A DNA stretch of 64,000 bases, taken from contig NC_068989.1 of the NCBI RefSeq assembly GCF_001194135.2, positions 96,488,991-96,552,990 on the forward strand, read 5' to 3'. The notes below the pieces were generated by a model. That model was not told the origin of the DNA. It saw only the letters and a list, made by a program, of their open reading frames with translations, and did no database searches. Numbering within the stretch: the first letter of the stretch is position 1; each line of letters begins with the position of its first letter. Positions 1-11,845 of the stretch are shown here, piece after piece. This DNA comes from Octopus bimaculoides. Lineage: Eukaryota. The translations under genes and the position numbers were made by a program.

Positions 1-181
1 ACATTCATTTTATTGGACTCGTTTATTTGTTATCTGAAATATGGGTGCATATATAAAGCTTTTGTGGCATTAATTTCCATTCCTCTCATTCCTTTGCCTA
101 CAAAGGGCCTATGTCTTTACTTGAAGTGATTTTACATAAAGAAAAATATATCACACATGTTTATACACACACACATACACA

Positions 182-230
<49 letters not shown>

Positions 231-233
<3 letters not shown>

Positions 234-480
234 CCCTTGTCTTGACCTCGTGTGATGATTGTAAATGAGCATCATCAACATACAGTTGATGGTGTTCATT
301 TCCAGTCTTCCATGAAAAACGTGTTTGGCCATGGTGGGGAGTGGGGTGGAAATATTACCTTGTTCAGAAACAGGTGAGGGTTGACAACAGGAAGTGCATC
401 CGGCTGTAGAAAATCTGCTTCAACAAATTCCATCTGACCCATGTAAGCATGGAAATGTGAACATTAAATGATGATGATGA
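231..480 (+). mobile_element. SINE body with RTE-type 3' tail ending in (ATG)n
   Basis: Follows (GT)n. Ends ...GGAAGTGCATCCGGCTGTAGAAAATCTGC...GACCCATGTAAGCATGGAAATGTGAACATTAAATGATGATGATGA. Homologous to 46640-46903 and, in reverse, to 36843-37085, 5925-6115 and 61915-62130. Confidence 0.8.
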
Positions 481-661
481 AAGCATCACAAAATTCCACT
501 CTCATAGGGGTTAGGAAAAGTTTAAGGGAATTTTGGTGTTGGTCAATTTAACATTTCATTCAAATGGGGACTGGATTAACAAATATTTAGGAAACACTGC
601 ATTAAAACATTTCTTATTCAAAATCCTTTCATAAAACGAACAAAAAATTAATTATTGGATT

Positions 662-693
662 AATTGCATTTTTTTCTTCTTTTTCAGGTAAGT
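662..693 (+). promoter_or_regulatory. Candidate recursive splice site (3' splice site directly followed by 5' splice site)
   Basis: TAATTGCATTTTTTTCTTCTTTTTCAG|GTAAGT: branch-like TTAAT, about 19-nt pyrimidine tract, CAG at 685-687, consensus donor at 688-693. Confidence 0.45.
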
Positions 694-1040
694 TCTTCAA
701 TATTATTGTGAATTTGGAAGTTCTCGTTAAGTATTGTTGGTTTTTAACTCCATCAAACAGGTATGACTGGAACCTTTTTTTTTTTTTCATTTTTCATCAC
801 CATGACTACATATATTGTGTGTGTGTGTGTGTGTTTAGTATTTTTGTCTCATTGTGGCTACATAACATTATATATTTTGTTTCCTAAGATTCTTGATATG
901 AAACCAGGTGTTGAAACAGATATAATTTTGTACTTTGGTAGAGTCATTTTGCCAATAAGAATATATGCATTGTAGCTTACTTTTTATTGTTAATTAATTA
1001 ATTTATTCATTAATTGGTTGGTCAAAGTATTTTGATGCAC

Positions 1041-1193
1041 AGTGGTTGGGGTTAGGAAGGGCATCCAGCTGTAGAAACTCTGCCAAATTAGATTGGAGCC
1101 TGGTGTTGCCATCCGGTTTCACCAGTCCTCAGTCAAATCGTCCAACCCATGCTAGCATGGAAAGCGGATGTTAAACAATGATGATGATGATGA
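1041..1193 (+). mobile_element. Young 5'-truncated RTE LINE 3' end
   Basis: About 150 bp matching the reverse complement of 63780-63920 with about 5 differences; CCATGCTAGCATGG palindrome; (ATG)n tail. Confidence 0.9.
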
Positions 1194-1714
1194 CAGCTTT
1201 TGCAATATTTTCTTCTTTGTGCAACTTTCTTGCAAAGTTGCAGAAAGAGGACACACAGACCACAGTTATGTGGTGAAAAACTTTAATTAGTTAATTAAAT
1301 AATTTACAAATTAATTAATTAATAATAAAATGAACTACGGCCAGTGTATATATTTTTATGAGAATAACCCTTTCAGAGTACATAATCATTTAGCACAATT
1401 GTATGTTTCTATGTGTGAGATGAGTCATTATAAATGCAATTATAATTTTACCAACTAATTAATCTTATTTTTATAAACGAAAATTTGTTTTTTAAATATT
1501 TAAATCATCAATACTTTTCAATCAGTTTCTTCTCTAAACATCGTAAGATGTCTTATTCCTGGATATGTATTTAGTACCAAGTTGGATTTGAAATAAAGAT
1601 CTTTATTTTTGAAGATAGTCACACACTGACACCTTAGTCTAAGTGTATCTGGGTTGAGGAATCAGGCAGTCCATAAGGATCAAAGATCAATCTGATCAAT
1701 AAGTAATCGAAAGA

Positions 1715-1862
1715 TTAATCCTTTATTACCATATTTCTGTTGAAATGCTCTAATTTTGTTTCACTTAAATTTGAAAATAACGAAGAATTTAGAAAATAAT
1801 TTTGACATTAATTAAACTGGTTTTTAGAACAAATGAAGATTATTTTTGATGGAAGATTTCTA
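1715..1862 (+). repeat. Unclassified interspersed repeat (possible MITE, starts TTAATCCTTT)
   Basis: Aligns by eye to 26615-26760 (GAAGAATTTA..AAATAA.TTTG...CTGG.TTT.GAACA.A.ATGAAGAT). Class is inferred only. Confidence 0.4.
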
Positions 1863-1944
1863 TTTCGGTCTCTTTGTTTGCATCATTGAAGCAGGGATGG
1901 TCCCAGGTGGATTTGTACCAAAATGGTTCTATTATATTTTTTAC

Positions 1945-2265
1945 ATTTTTCAGTCATTGGACTGTGGCCATGCTGGGGCACCCTGCTCTTTGTTTTTGTT
2001 TTTTTGAAGTCTGGTACTTATTTGATCACTTTTTTTTGCTAAGCTATGAGGACATAAACAAACCAACATCAGTTGTCATCTGGTGAGGAAGGAATAAATA
2101 CAAGCACAGGAACCACACACACATAAATAACAGGGTTCCTCGTAGTGTTTGTCCACCAAATTCTTTTGCAAGGCATCGGTTGACCCAAAACAGGAGTGGA
2201 AGACAATTTCCCAAGGTGGGACTGAAACCAAAAATATATTGTTGCAAATTGAGGTTTTTTAACTC
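1945..2265 (-). mobile_element. Old tRNA/CORE-type SINE
   Basis: Reverse strand has a B-box-like TTTCAGTCCCA, a CORE-like CTTGGGAAATTGTCTTC and a tail with CCCCAGCATGGCCACAGTC that is shared with 30590-30800, 46975-47040 and 55715-55830. Confidence 0.7.
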
Positions 2266-3130
2266 TGCAACCGAAAAAAAGATGTGGTTCTTCCTTCCTT
2301 ACACTACCAGGTCCACTAATGACCCCTGCTTCCTTCACCAGTGTTTCTCAAGGTATTTTCTGGAGATAATGCAGTGGTGGGGTTGCCATTGGCTCCTTTT
2401 AGTTATTTGTTTACAGACAGGTAGATAAACTTACTGAAGAAATTAATAAATAGGTAAGCATAAATATAGACTGGTAGTCAAACAGACAGACACACAGACA
2501 GAAAGATAGATAAAAAGTGGGTGAAAAATTGATGGATATAGCAAGAAAGTTATAATAGACAAATAAAAATGGAGAGGAAGTCAGAGATGAAGAGAGAAAG
2601 AGATCAATAAAGAAATTCTTTAACCTGAAAAGACAAGAAAGAAATATTCAAATCCATTTCCACTAAAACCAAAATAAATTCAACATTTGATTTCTTATTT
2701 ATTTATTAGTTTTGGTATTTTTTATTTATTTTGTTTGGTGTTGTTGCACTTTATAAAAACCTGTAGTTAGAGACCTGTCACTTGACTGGCTCATTGCAAC
2801 TTCAATCTAAGCCAATTAGCTGGGCCTTGCCTCAAATTCATCTCTCCCTCAAATGTCTCCCACACATTTCTTTCTTTCTTTATAGACCAATGATAGTCAA
2901 GTTACATCTATGTTGTTTTTGTTTGTGTGTTTTTCTATGTTTTTTTTATGATTGTGGTAGGAAGAGATGAGTTGGTGAGGTGGGAGGAGAGATGTGATGA
3001 GTGAGGAAGAGAAGGAAAAGGAAGTAGGATGAGAGAGATTGGAGAGTGAAAGTGACATAGATAGAGAGCAAGTGAAAGAAAGAGAAAAACAGACAGAGAG
3101 ATAGATAGGAAAAAAGAAAATTAAAGAGTT

Positions 3131-3165
<35 letters not shown>

Positions 3166-3462
3166 TCAGGTAAAAACAAAAAAGAAACAAAGAGAAGTAA
3201 AAGAAGAGAACAGAAGATTATTGTTTAGAATTTCTATGGAAACTTTGTATTGTAAATATTTAAAAAAAAAATTTTTTCTGACATTTCAATTCTGAGAAAA
3301 AAAAATTCCTTCTCTGAGCTTTGCTGCTCATCAGTCATCATTGACCGTTTCTCAAACAACAGATATTCTTTGGCACAGAAGAAACTTGTCACTTTTCAGT
3401 TCTGGTTTCAACAATTTTAATCATTTTAATACTATTCCAATTTAAGCTTTACATGCATGCAC

Positions 3463-3496
<34 letters not shown>

Positions 3497-3575
3497 ACAC
3501 ACGCACGCACACTCACACATCTATGTGTGTTTGTATATATATTTATGTATATACACACATACATATATTTATGTG

Positions 3576-3618
<43 letters not shown>

Positions 3619-4560
3619 TTTTTGGGAATAACTTGAAGCACGCACAAAGTTATAAATAATAGCATGTATTATTTTTGATGTCAACAACATACGTATATAG
3701 TCTGTGTGTTTGTGTGTGTATGCATAATCTCAATATGTATTTGTATGAGAATGAGAGGAAAATAAGCTATTTGTAAATTAGATTATAATAAATGAGAAAT
3801 ATTCTATCAAAGATACTTTTACTATCTGTATACGATATCCATGTGTCCATGTTTTGTGTTGGTATAATTTTTGTTTGTGTATACACACACTCACACACAC
3901 AAACGTGTGTGTGTATTGGTAAGTGGCTGGGGACCAAAGCAGATTTATTATTTTATGACAGCAAACCGAATTTCATAAGCTTTGTTACAAAACCTAATCT
4001 GTGTTCTGTTATCGTATCTGTTTGAATCTTTATTTCAATATTTTTTGTTATGAACCAAAATTGGTTTCATACAATGAAGATTATGATTGCCATTGTTTGT
4101 GCTGCTATTGTAATTATTCTGACTCCTGCTGCTGCTGCTGCTGCTCCTACTATTACTACTGCTATACTTACTGTTGTTTTGACAGACAAAAAAAAACAAA
4201 TAAATATGTTACATGAAATTGTAATGTGTGGAAGAAGAGATGTGAATGAGTTCAGAATGAATTTTATTCAGCTTCAGAATAATGTTCTCATCTTCAAGCA
4301 CGGGAACATTTTGATGTCTGCTTTTTCACCAATTCTTGCATGGATCTGATGCAATTTGTTGAAATAGATTTTCTATGGCTTAATGCTCTTCCTCTTGTCA
4401 AACCCTTTTTGAGAAACGAACTACTTTCATTTGTGTTTTCAACACAAGCGGTTTAGTGGCCTGACATGTTTTCATTGCAGATTGCCAGTGAATGACACCA
4501 CTTTCTTACAAGAGTAATGCACTGTATGAAATCAATGGGAAACTCTCATGCATGCACACA

Positions 4561-4607
4561 TGTACATTAGCTCTCTCTCTCTCTCTCCCTCTCTCCCTCT
4601 CACCCTT

Positions 4608-4662
<55 letters not shown>

Positions 4663-4732
4663 AATCAATGTTGTCTGAACAGATGCATGGTGTGCCATAC
4701 ATCAGGTGTCAAAAGCAATATGATATGAGGTG
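4561..4732 (+). repeat. Left arm of local inverted duplication (partner 6119-6275)
   Basis: TGTACATTAGC-(CT)n-...TCAAATCAATGTTGTCTGAACAGATGCATGGTGTGCCATACATCAGGTGTCAAAAG matches the reverse complement of 6119-6275. Confidence 0.85.
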
Positions 4733-5244
4733 TTTTGCTCAAGAACAGAATGGTGATGCCATGCTAACACTGATATAGACCATTATCTTAAAAGTTAATA
4801 AGTAGCAAATTTTTTTAAAATTAATTTCATTTATTTCTCTTAGTTCTGAATTATCTGTACTTACCATTTCGAAAAAATGCCAAATATCTTTTATCATTGC
4901 TACTCCTCTATTTTCATTTTATATTGATTACTTTTCCATCAAACCAACTGAAGTGAATATGTATGCCTGATGAGACCTAACTAGTTTGAAACATATCCAT
5001 CACTTTTAACCACTTTACTTTAGAAACAAAATTTCTTACTGAACTGTTTTAATTCCTTAAATCTGGATTAATATTATTGAAGCTACCTCACTTGTTAGTT
5101 TTTTTTTTAAGAAGACCCAAGGCATCCTGGCAATCAAGTATTTCAAATTAAACAAGACTGGCCTTGTTTAAGGGGAGTGTAGATAGCACTCCTCTGATAC
5201 AAAGCCAAAACCTGGACTACAAAGAAGGTGCTTTTAGAAAACCC

Positions 5245-5545
5245 TGATGCTACATATATCAGGCTTTTCATGAGGGCTCAGTATACCTCATAGCATGTGC
5301 ACAAGACAAAAGAATAAATTTACAGACATATCCCACCCATCTCTACTATTGAATGCAGAATAGGCTTTGCTGGCTACTGCTATTATGCTAAATAACAGTG
5401 GATACCAGATGTATTTTGGAGGCTTTTTCAGAGAATGAAATCCACTAAGCTGCATTGATGTTATTGGCAGAGAGAAACAACATGGAAGTGAGGACCAATC
5501 AAAAGCAATGGGACAATGTTGTGAAATGCAGGTTGGATGTGGCTG
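5245..5545 (+). mobile_element. Decayed RTE LINE ORF2 C-terminal fragment
   Basis: Translates DATYIRLFMRAQYTS*HVHKTKE*IYRHIPPISTIECRIGFAGYCYYAK, resembling the RTE DGxYTRMLRxALNISW...IYGxIPPxS...RRLRFAGHC motif. Confidence 0.7.
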
Positions 5546-5647
5546 CTTTCAGAAGAAGAGATGGAAATAATTACAAAGGTGAGGGTCTGTTCCCTTGTAT
5601 CCTTAGCATGGAGATACTTCTCTTCAGCTCAGTTGTCGATGGCTGTC

Positions 5648-5815
5648 TGGTTAAAAAGTTAACTTCACAACCATGTGCTTATAGACTGAAACCTACTGTG
5701 TAGAACGTGGGCAAGTGCATACTATTTAACCCCAGGCCAACCAAAGCCTGTGAGTGGATTTGGTTGTTGGAAACAAAAAGAAGCCCATCATATATGTAAA
5801 TATTCACATCCACAG
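5648..5815 (+). mobile_element. tRNA/CORE SINE 5' half
   Basis: GGTTAAAAAGTTAACTTCACAACCATG...GTGGGCAAGTG...CCAGGCCAACCAAAGCCTGTGAGTGGATTTGG...GGAAAC...AAGCCCATC. Confidence 0.6.
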
Positions 5816-5924
5816 AAATATCATCTCATCTTCAGTCAAAGGTAAGATGTAGATATTTTTCCAAAAAGAAACATGACTCAGTTATCATTTGTTTACCATT
5901 GCCAGAAAAAAAACTCACTGAGAA

Positions 5925-6115
5925 AGATTTTTTACAGTTGGATGCCCTTCTTGTTGCCAACCTTCACCAGTTTCCAAGTAAGTTTATATTTCCCAAAGTC
6001 CTTTGAAGACAAACAGTAGAGGAGCCAAACATGCTTTTGTGGAAGACGGGGATCAACAAATGATATATTCACACAAGTATGTTGTATATGTGTGTTTGTA
6101 TGCATGGAAGCCACA
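5925..6115 (-). mobile_element. SINE/RTE tail, reverse orientation
   Basis: TTTTACAGTTGGATGCCCTTCTTGTTGCCAACCTTCACC, the shared tail motif. Confidence 0.65.
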
Positions 6116-6118
6116 CAC

Positions 6119-6275
6119 ACTTCATATCCTTTGCAATCATTTTGACACTTGATATGTGGTACACCATGCACCTGTTCAGGAAACATTGATTTGATGGAGA
6201 GAGAGAGAGGGAGAGAGAGAGGGAGAAAGAGAGAGGGAGAGAGAGAGGGAGAAAGAGAGAGAGAGCTGATGTACA
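6119..6275 (-). repeat. Right arm of local inverted duplication (partner 4561-4732)
   Basis: Reverse complement reads TGTACATCAGC-(CT)n-CATCAAATCAATGTTTCCTGAACAGGTGCATGGTGTACCACATATCAAGTGTCAAAATG. Confidence 0.85.
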
Positions 6276-6391
6276 ACACATACATTTAATTATTACAGAT
6301 AAATCATTTGCGCAGGTTTGTTCAGCAAGAAATTACAGAACCATCTTTCTTGGACTATGAGAGACAACCATTTACCATTATATACATATCT

Positions 6392-6500
6392 GCAGAGTGG
6401 TTGATGTTAGGAAGGGCATTCAGCCATAAAAACTCTGCCAAAATAGACACAGTAGCCTAGGGTTGTCTTCTACCTGGTTGACTCCTGTCCAACCATGCCC
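6392..6500 (+). mobile_element. RTE 3' UTR fragment
   Basis: GAGTGGTTGATGTTAGGAAGGGCATTCAGCCATAAAAACTCTGCCAAAA...TGTCCAACCATGC. Confidence 0.8.
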
Positions 6501-6501
6501 G

Positions 6502-6546
<45 letters not shown>

Positions 6547-6556
6547 NNNNNNNNNN

Positions 6557-6602
<46 letters not shown>

Positions 6603-6984
6603 CTTGCTCTTCCCTCTGACTGGGTAACCAAGTATCTCTGGTACATCAGCACACCTGTTTCAGACCTCTTTCTTGTACCTCTCTCTCCCTCTCATTCTCT
6701 CCCTCTCATTCTCTCCCTCTCTCTCTCTCCCTCTCCCTCTCCCTTCCCCCCTCTCTCTCTCTTCTCTCTCTGGTTCTATAGCAAGACATCTCTCTATTTC
6801 TCTGCCACATTCTAACCTTTCATCATTTCACACCAAATCACCTCCTCCAATACTCCCTCCATTATAGCAAGACACCTGTTTCTGCCTCTCTGCCCCTCTC
6901 TTTCATCCTCTGACACAAGATCCCCTCCTCAAATACCACCTCCCCGCTCTCAAAATTCCTTGTCTTGCAAATTACTTTGTGACC

Positions 6985-7181
6985 CTGCCAGTGCTGGTGC
7001 CACATAAAAAGCACTGAGTCCACTCTGCTGGGTGGCCAGTGTTAGGAAGGGCATCCAGCCATAAAAACTCTGCCAAAACAGACACAGTCACCTGGGGTAG
7101 ACTTCTACTTGGTTGGCTCCTGTCAACCATCCTACCCATGCATGCATAGAAGATGGACACTAAATGATGATGATGCTGATG

Positions 7182-7185
<4 letters not shown>
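6985..7185 (+). mobile_element. RTE 3' UTR fragment with (ATG)n tail
   Basis: GTGCCACATAAAAAGCAC...GTGTTAGGAAGGGCATCCAGCC...CTACCCATGCATGCATAGAAGATGGACACTAAATGATGATGATG. Confidence 0.8.
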
Positions 7186-7214
<29 letters not shown>

Positions 7215-7844
7215 TATATTTATATATGAGAAAGGGAGAGACCAAGAAAGATAGTTTGGGATAGAAAGTTTCTGCCTGAGTTTTGTGCTAATGTCTCAAC
7301 CCTGCAGGAAATATTGAGACTCAAAATGTTAAGTTTGAATCATTTCGGCTGTCATAAAGTGTTAAATTATGAAACTAAACAAATCACACAATATTTTGTT
7401 TGGAGCAAAAGAATTGTCTCATAGAAACGATATTGTGGAGTTCTTGAATCAATTATTTTGAAATTGAAAAGAAAATTTCTAACACAAATTACTTCTTGAT
7501 GCTTCAGAAAATATATTTTTTTTATTCAATCTTTTGTCTTTTTGAATGAAGATGATTAGAAAAAAAAGTTAAATACTCCACAAAAGAGAAACCAGTAGGT
7601 GTATTCCAAGAATACTTTTTTCTAGTGTGTTGGTGGTGGTGAGGGGCTGAGATGAAGAGATTCAGAGATCTTAATCCGTACAAGTACTTTTCTAATGTGG
7701 TTTTTCTAACATTCTATTTTATTCAGATATTTCTCTCTCTCTCTCACTCTCACTAGTTTTCTCATTATCTATCTCAATCTCTTTCCCTCTCTCCCTCTCT
7801 GACTCTTCTCTCTCTCACTCTTCTCTCTCTCACTCTCTCACTCT

Positions 7845-7876
<32 letters not shown>

Positions 7877-8224
7877 TCTCTCAATCTCTCTCTCTCTCTC
7901 TCTCTCTTCTCTTTTTTGCTTATTTTCCTCACAATTTTCCTTGTTATTTTCTCTTCTTTGCTCTCTCTTTCTCTCTCTGTTTCTAAATCTCTTTTTTCAC
8001 TGCTCTTTCCCTCTCTCTCTCTTATTTGCTCTCTCTTTCACTCATTTTAATTATTTTTACCAAATTTCATTCTCTTTTATTTTTTTTTCCTCTTTATACG
8101 TATTATTTCCAAAACAAATTTTTATGAATTGCTAAAGGGGAATGACTTAAACTCTATGGAAAAAATAAAATATGATAAAATCAATGCAACAAACCAAATT
8201 ACTTTAATCTGAACAATTTTTTCC

Positions 8225-8555
8225 AATCTGATACTATGGTATTTAGTGTTTAAGAGTGTCTTTTGGTAGAGTTACCAAAGGTTTGTTGATTACGGGTACA
8301 GTTATCATTCTTAGATGCCATAATTTTGAGACCTGTTTTTTTTTTTAAATATCTAGTCTATTATTTTGGAGAGCTTGATCAGTTTGAACACTAAAGTCCC
8401 AAAGAATGGTGGTGCCTTTATTTTCTGCTACATTGGCAGGTTTATGTTTCCACTTGTTCTTCTCATATGGGAATTCAAACTGATGGCATAAGAACCTGTG
8501 CCAATACTGACTAAGTCTATCATGGAGATTAATATATTCATTTGAGACTACCATC
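8225..8555 (-). mobile_element. R4/Dong-type LINE fragment (restriction-like endonuclease region)
   Basis: EYINLHDRLSQYWHRFLCHQFEFPYEKNKWKHKPANVAENKGTTILWDFSVQTDQALQNNRLDI, then SKLWHLRMITVPVI. Confidence 0.85.
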
Positions 8556-8626
8556 CAGAGAGGAAATGGTCATTTGTAGTTTCTAATGAGCAGACACTGA
8601 TACTGAGCTACTATAATGATGCACAC

Positions 8627-8629
<3 letters not shown>

Positions 8630-8669
<40 letters not shown>

Positions 8670-9211
8670 GAGTGAGTGAGAGAGCAGTGCATGCCATCAA
8701 AGTGACACTGGGGTAAAATATTCGAAGCCCAGTATACCCATTACGACTACCCGTCTGATAAGAGTAACCAGGCACATGCATCACAACCATATGTACGCAA
8801 CATGGTGATCTCATATCAAGAGAAACAGCACATGACCTTGTAGGTGGATCCCAGTTAGAATTTTCTTCAGGTCGAGTAGCCCATCCTGCTCAAAAGGTCC
8901 CTGAATAAGGTTTGTTTAAGGATGTTGAGCAAAACACCCATGTTTCCAAATGTGAATTATTCAAACCCCAAAGAATTCCTCTCAACACACACGTGGCTAT
9001 AATGCTCCCCCACTACTTCTGCTCATGAGCAGAGATGTACATATCGTCAGCCACCAAGGGACATGCTTAACTAGTTAAGGTCAAATAACTGACAAGCAAA
9101 TCTGTGGTATTGAGCAAAATATTTGCTGTAGCCCATCTTTTATACCAAGACAAAACAATGTACATGGTAACACTTCCAATCAGTTAAGATCAGAAGCCAT
9201 GAGAGCCACTG
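8630..9211 (-). mobile_element. About 540-bp SINE-like element with (AAT)n tail
   Basis: 3' end GTGTCACTTTGATGGCATGCACTGCTCTCTCACTC(AAT)n recurs at 28250-28475 (-), 48550-48900 (+) and 49215-49305 (+). Confidence 0.8.
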
Positions 9212-9302
9212 TCAAGAAAACTCACAGCTTATTTTGTGGATATTATGGGAAGTGTCAGCTGTCCACAGCCAGCAGACTAATGTGATATTTGTTTACTGGT
9301 CA

Positions 9303-9738
9303 TGCTTCAAGAACCTTGCAAAGAATTCTTCCAATTCCAAGCATTGCTGATTTTTGTAGACGTTCTACCTTCACACTGGCACCAATCTTTTTCAGACATG
9401 TTGGTGCTGATACTTCCAAATGCCCCAATTACTATTGGTATCATGTCTACTCTCCTCATTGACCACAACCTTCGCATTTCCCACTTCAAATCGTCAGAGT
9501 TGTTTACTTTTTCTTCTTCTTTCACATCGATCCTGTTGTCGCCGGGGCATGCTGTGTCGATTATCATACATGTTCTTTCTTTTTTATTCACCACAACAAT
9601 GTTCAGTTTCTGATGTCTGGTCAGGTGATTGCACTGAATCATTGCATCCCACAGGACTTTGTAATTCTCATTCTCAGGGACTCCTTCTGGAGTTTTCTCA
9701 TACCACGTCTTCGCTCTTTGTACAGAGCTCCCAATGTA
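9303..9738 (-). mobile_element. R4/Dong-type LINE endonuclease fragment
   Basis: IQCNHLTRHQKLNIVVVNKKERTCMIIDTACPGDNRIDVKEEEKVNNSDDLKWEMRRLWSMRRVDMIPIVIGAFG ... LQKSAMLGIGRILCKVLE. Confidence 0.9.
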
Positions 9739-9740
9739 TC

Positions 9741-10965
9741 ATTATTATTATTTTCTCTTTATTACAGGTTTTGTTGGAGCTCCTGGAGTCTTACATGCAT
9801 AGCAGGCTTGTTATCTGCAGCCTCCGGTACCATACCATTCGTTCTTTTCGGCTATTTAATACTTTCCTGATTATTCTGGCCGTGCCAAGGAGGCAAACCT
9901 TTTGTAACAGTTCTACTGGACTCTCTATTCCAGTTTCCTTTATAATTTTCTTGATGCCTTCTGATACTGTTCCCAAGGACCCAACAATAATTGGCACTAT
10001 CTTCACCTTCTTCATTTTCCATAGCCAGGCTTTTTCGTACTTAAGACAGTTATATTTATTTTTTCACCTTCCTTCTTGACCATTCATGGGTCAAAGAGGC
10101 ATGCAGCATCAACTACACAGCATATGTGGTGCACCTTGTCCTCCACCATTAGGTCCGGTCTGTTATGTTCTAGCACCAGATCTGTTTGGATTGGGAAATC
10201 CCAGAGGATTTTGCTAGTCTCCGACTCTGCCACTCTCTGCAGTTTGTGCTCATATTATGTCTTGTCTCTCTCTAACCCCCCCACTTTTCACACAGTTTCC
10301 GATGTAGCACTTTCACTATCTGATTGTGTTTCCACAACTTGTTGTGGTTTTGGGCAAGTCTTGGGTATTCGTTCATGATACGGTCAATGGTTTTGTCCAC
10401 TCTGTTGCAGATGCGGCACAGCAGAGACACTTGTTCATTCCTAAGGTTGACCCTCCAGTTCGTGGCCAGAGCTTGGTCATGCATTGCCAGTATATAGTGC
10501 TCTCGGTCTCTTTTTTTAGGGTTCCTTTCATCAGCCAATCCCATCTATTTTTTTCCAGCAACCTCTGCTGTGGTTACATAGAATTGATTGTATAGTCCCT
10601 TCTTTGGTAATTCTTCTTCATGTCCTTTTTTGTACTTCTTCCTTTGTTTTCCCTTTTTTTCTCTGCTCTCAATACTCTTTCATTCCTAACTAACATTAGC
10701 AAGGTTTCCTTACTTGGGGCTAGATATCATCTCATTAAGCTTTTGAGTTTGATACGTACGCTGTCTTCCACACTTATCAGTCCCCTTCCTCCATTTGCTC
10801 TCTTCATGCATAGGCAATCAGTGTCTGCACATGGATGATGGACTCCATGCATCATTGAGAGCTTTCTTGACTTCCTATCCATCTTCTTTTACTCTTCTTC
10901 TGTCCACTTCAGGATTCCAGCATCATGCAAACTACTGTGACTGCATGCAAGTTTATTGCCAAAAT
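9741..10965 (-). mobile_element. R4/Dong-type LINE 3' portion (RT thumb, CCHC knuckle, endonuclease, 3' UTR), decayed
   Basis: GILKWTEEE*KKMDRKSRKLSMMHGVHHP..KRANGGRGLISVED; WLMKGTLKKETE; CRICNRVDKTID; VPIIVGSLGTV..LLQKVCLLGTARIIRKVL; (AAT)n tail at 9741-9752. Confidence 0.92.
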
Positions 10966-11012
10966 TATGTTTCTAGCATTCAGCTTTGATGCCTATTATT
11001 ATTATTATTATT

Positions 11013-11047
<35 letters not shown>

Positions 11048-11404
11048 TATTATTATTCATTTATTTATCTATTTATTTATTTTCCACTTGATTTCCATTT
11101 TATTTCACTTTCTGGCCAGATCTCAACCAAAGACTTAATACATTTTAACCTTACTGACAAACAGTGATTTTCGTCACTACTTTTGACAGATTCACTGCAA
11201 CAAGCTTGAAGGAGTCTCTCTCTACCCTCATTTAGTTGGGCTGGGCTGGTCACCAACTCAGTATTTCTTTCATACTCAGTCACCCATGTTCTAATTAAGA
11301 CACCATCTCTGGAGGCATTGCTGACCAAGGCTAAAGAGGTACCCTCACCCCATAAAGTAGACTTAAACTCACCAGAAGCCAACCTGGTCTCGGGATGGGA
11401 TTAC

Positions 11405-11700
11405 AGGCTCCATGCCTTATCCAACAGTGACCTGAAGGTAGTTGTGGTTATGGGTAACTTCATTATTTCCTGTCTTTAAGGGGCAAACATTCTGTAGAAA
11501 CTCTACAGAACGTTCTATTCCAATCTCCTTCAGCCATCTGTTTCTATCTTTACGCACAGTTCCTTTTTTGACCATTCCAACTGCTTCTACAATCATTGAT
11601 ATTCTAACTGTCTTGTGATGCCAAATTGTTTTGGACTTCAATGAGGAAATATTAGTTTGAGATTTGAACTCAGAACACAATCACGAAGCTGATTATTGTC
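11405..11700 (-). mobile_element. R4/Dong-type LINE C-terminal fragment
   Basis: KSKTIWHHKTVRISMIVEAVGMVKKGT...LKEIGIERSVEFLQNVCPLKTG. Confidence 0.7.
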
Positions 11701-11809
11701 AAACAATTATCGGTTGCTTTATTATCTCAAATCGTGTCATTGCTGACTTTTCTTTTCTTTCTTATATTTGAACACTTGATTAATTATGAATCCTCTAGAT
11801 AGATTCGAT

Positions 11810-11845
<36 letters not shown>

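Noticed and set aside
1041-1193. CpG-type differences between young RTE copies as a sign of methylation
   Set aside because: Only two CpG-type changes among about five differences; too few to infer anything.
4859-4949. 83-nt - strand segment with CAG acceptor and GTAAGT donor
   Set aside because: Stops in all three frames and a short pyrimidine tract; not distinguishable from chance.
4953-5003. CTGATGAG...TTGAAAC hammerhead-like motif
   Set aside because: Stem II is weak and no convincing stem III, UH site or stem I partner can be drawn.
9420-10079. 219-aa + strand ORF
   Set aside because: Antisense to two R4/Dong fragments, with no domain of its own.
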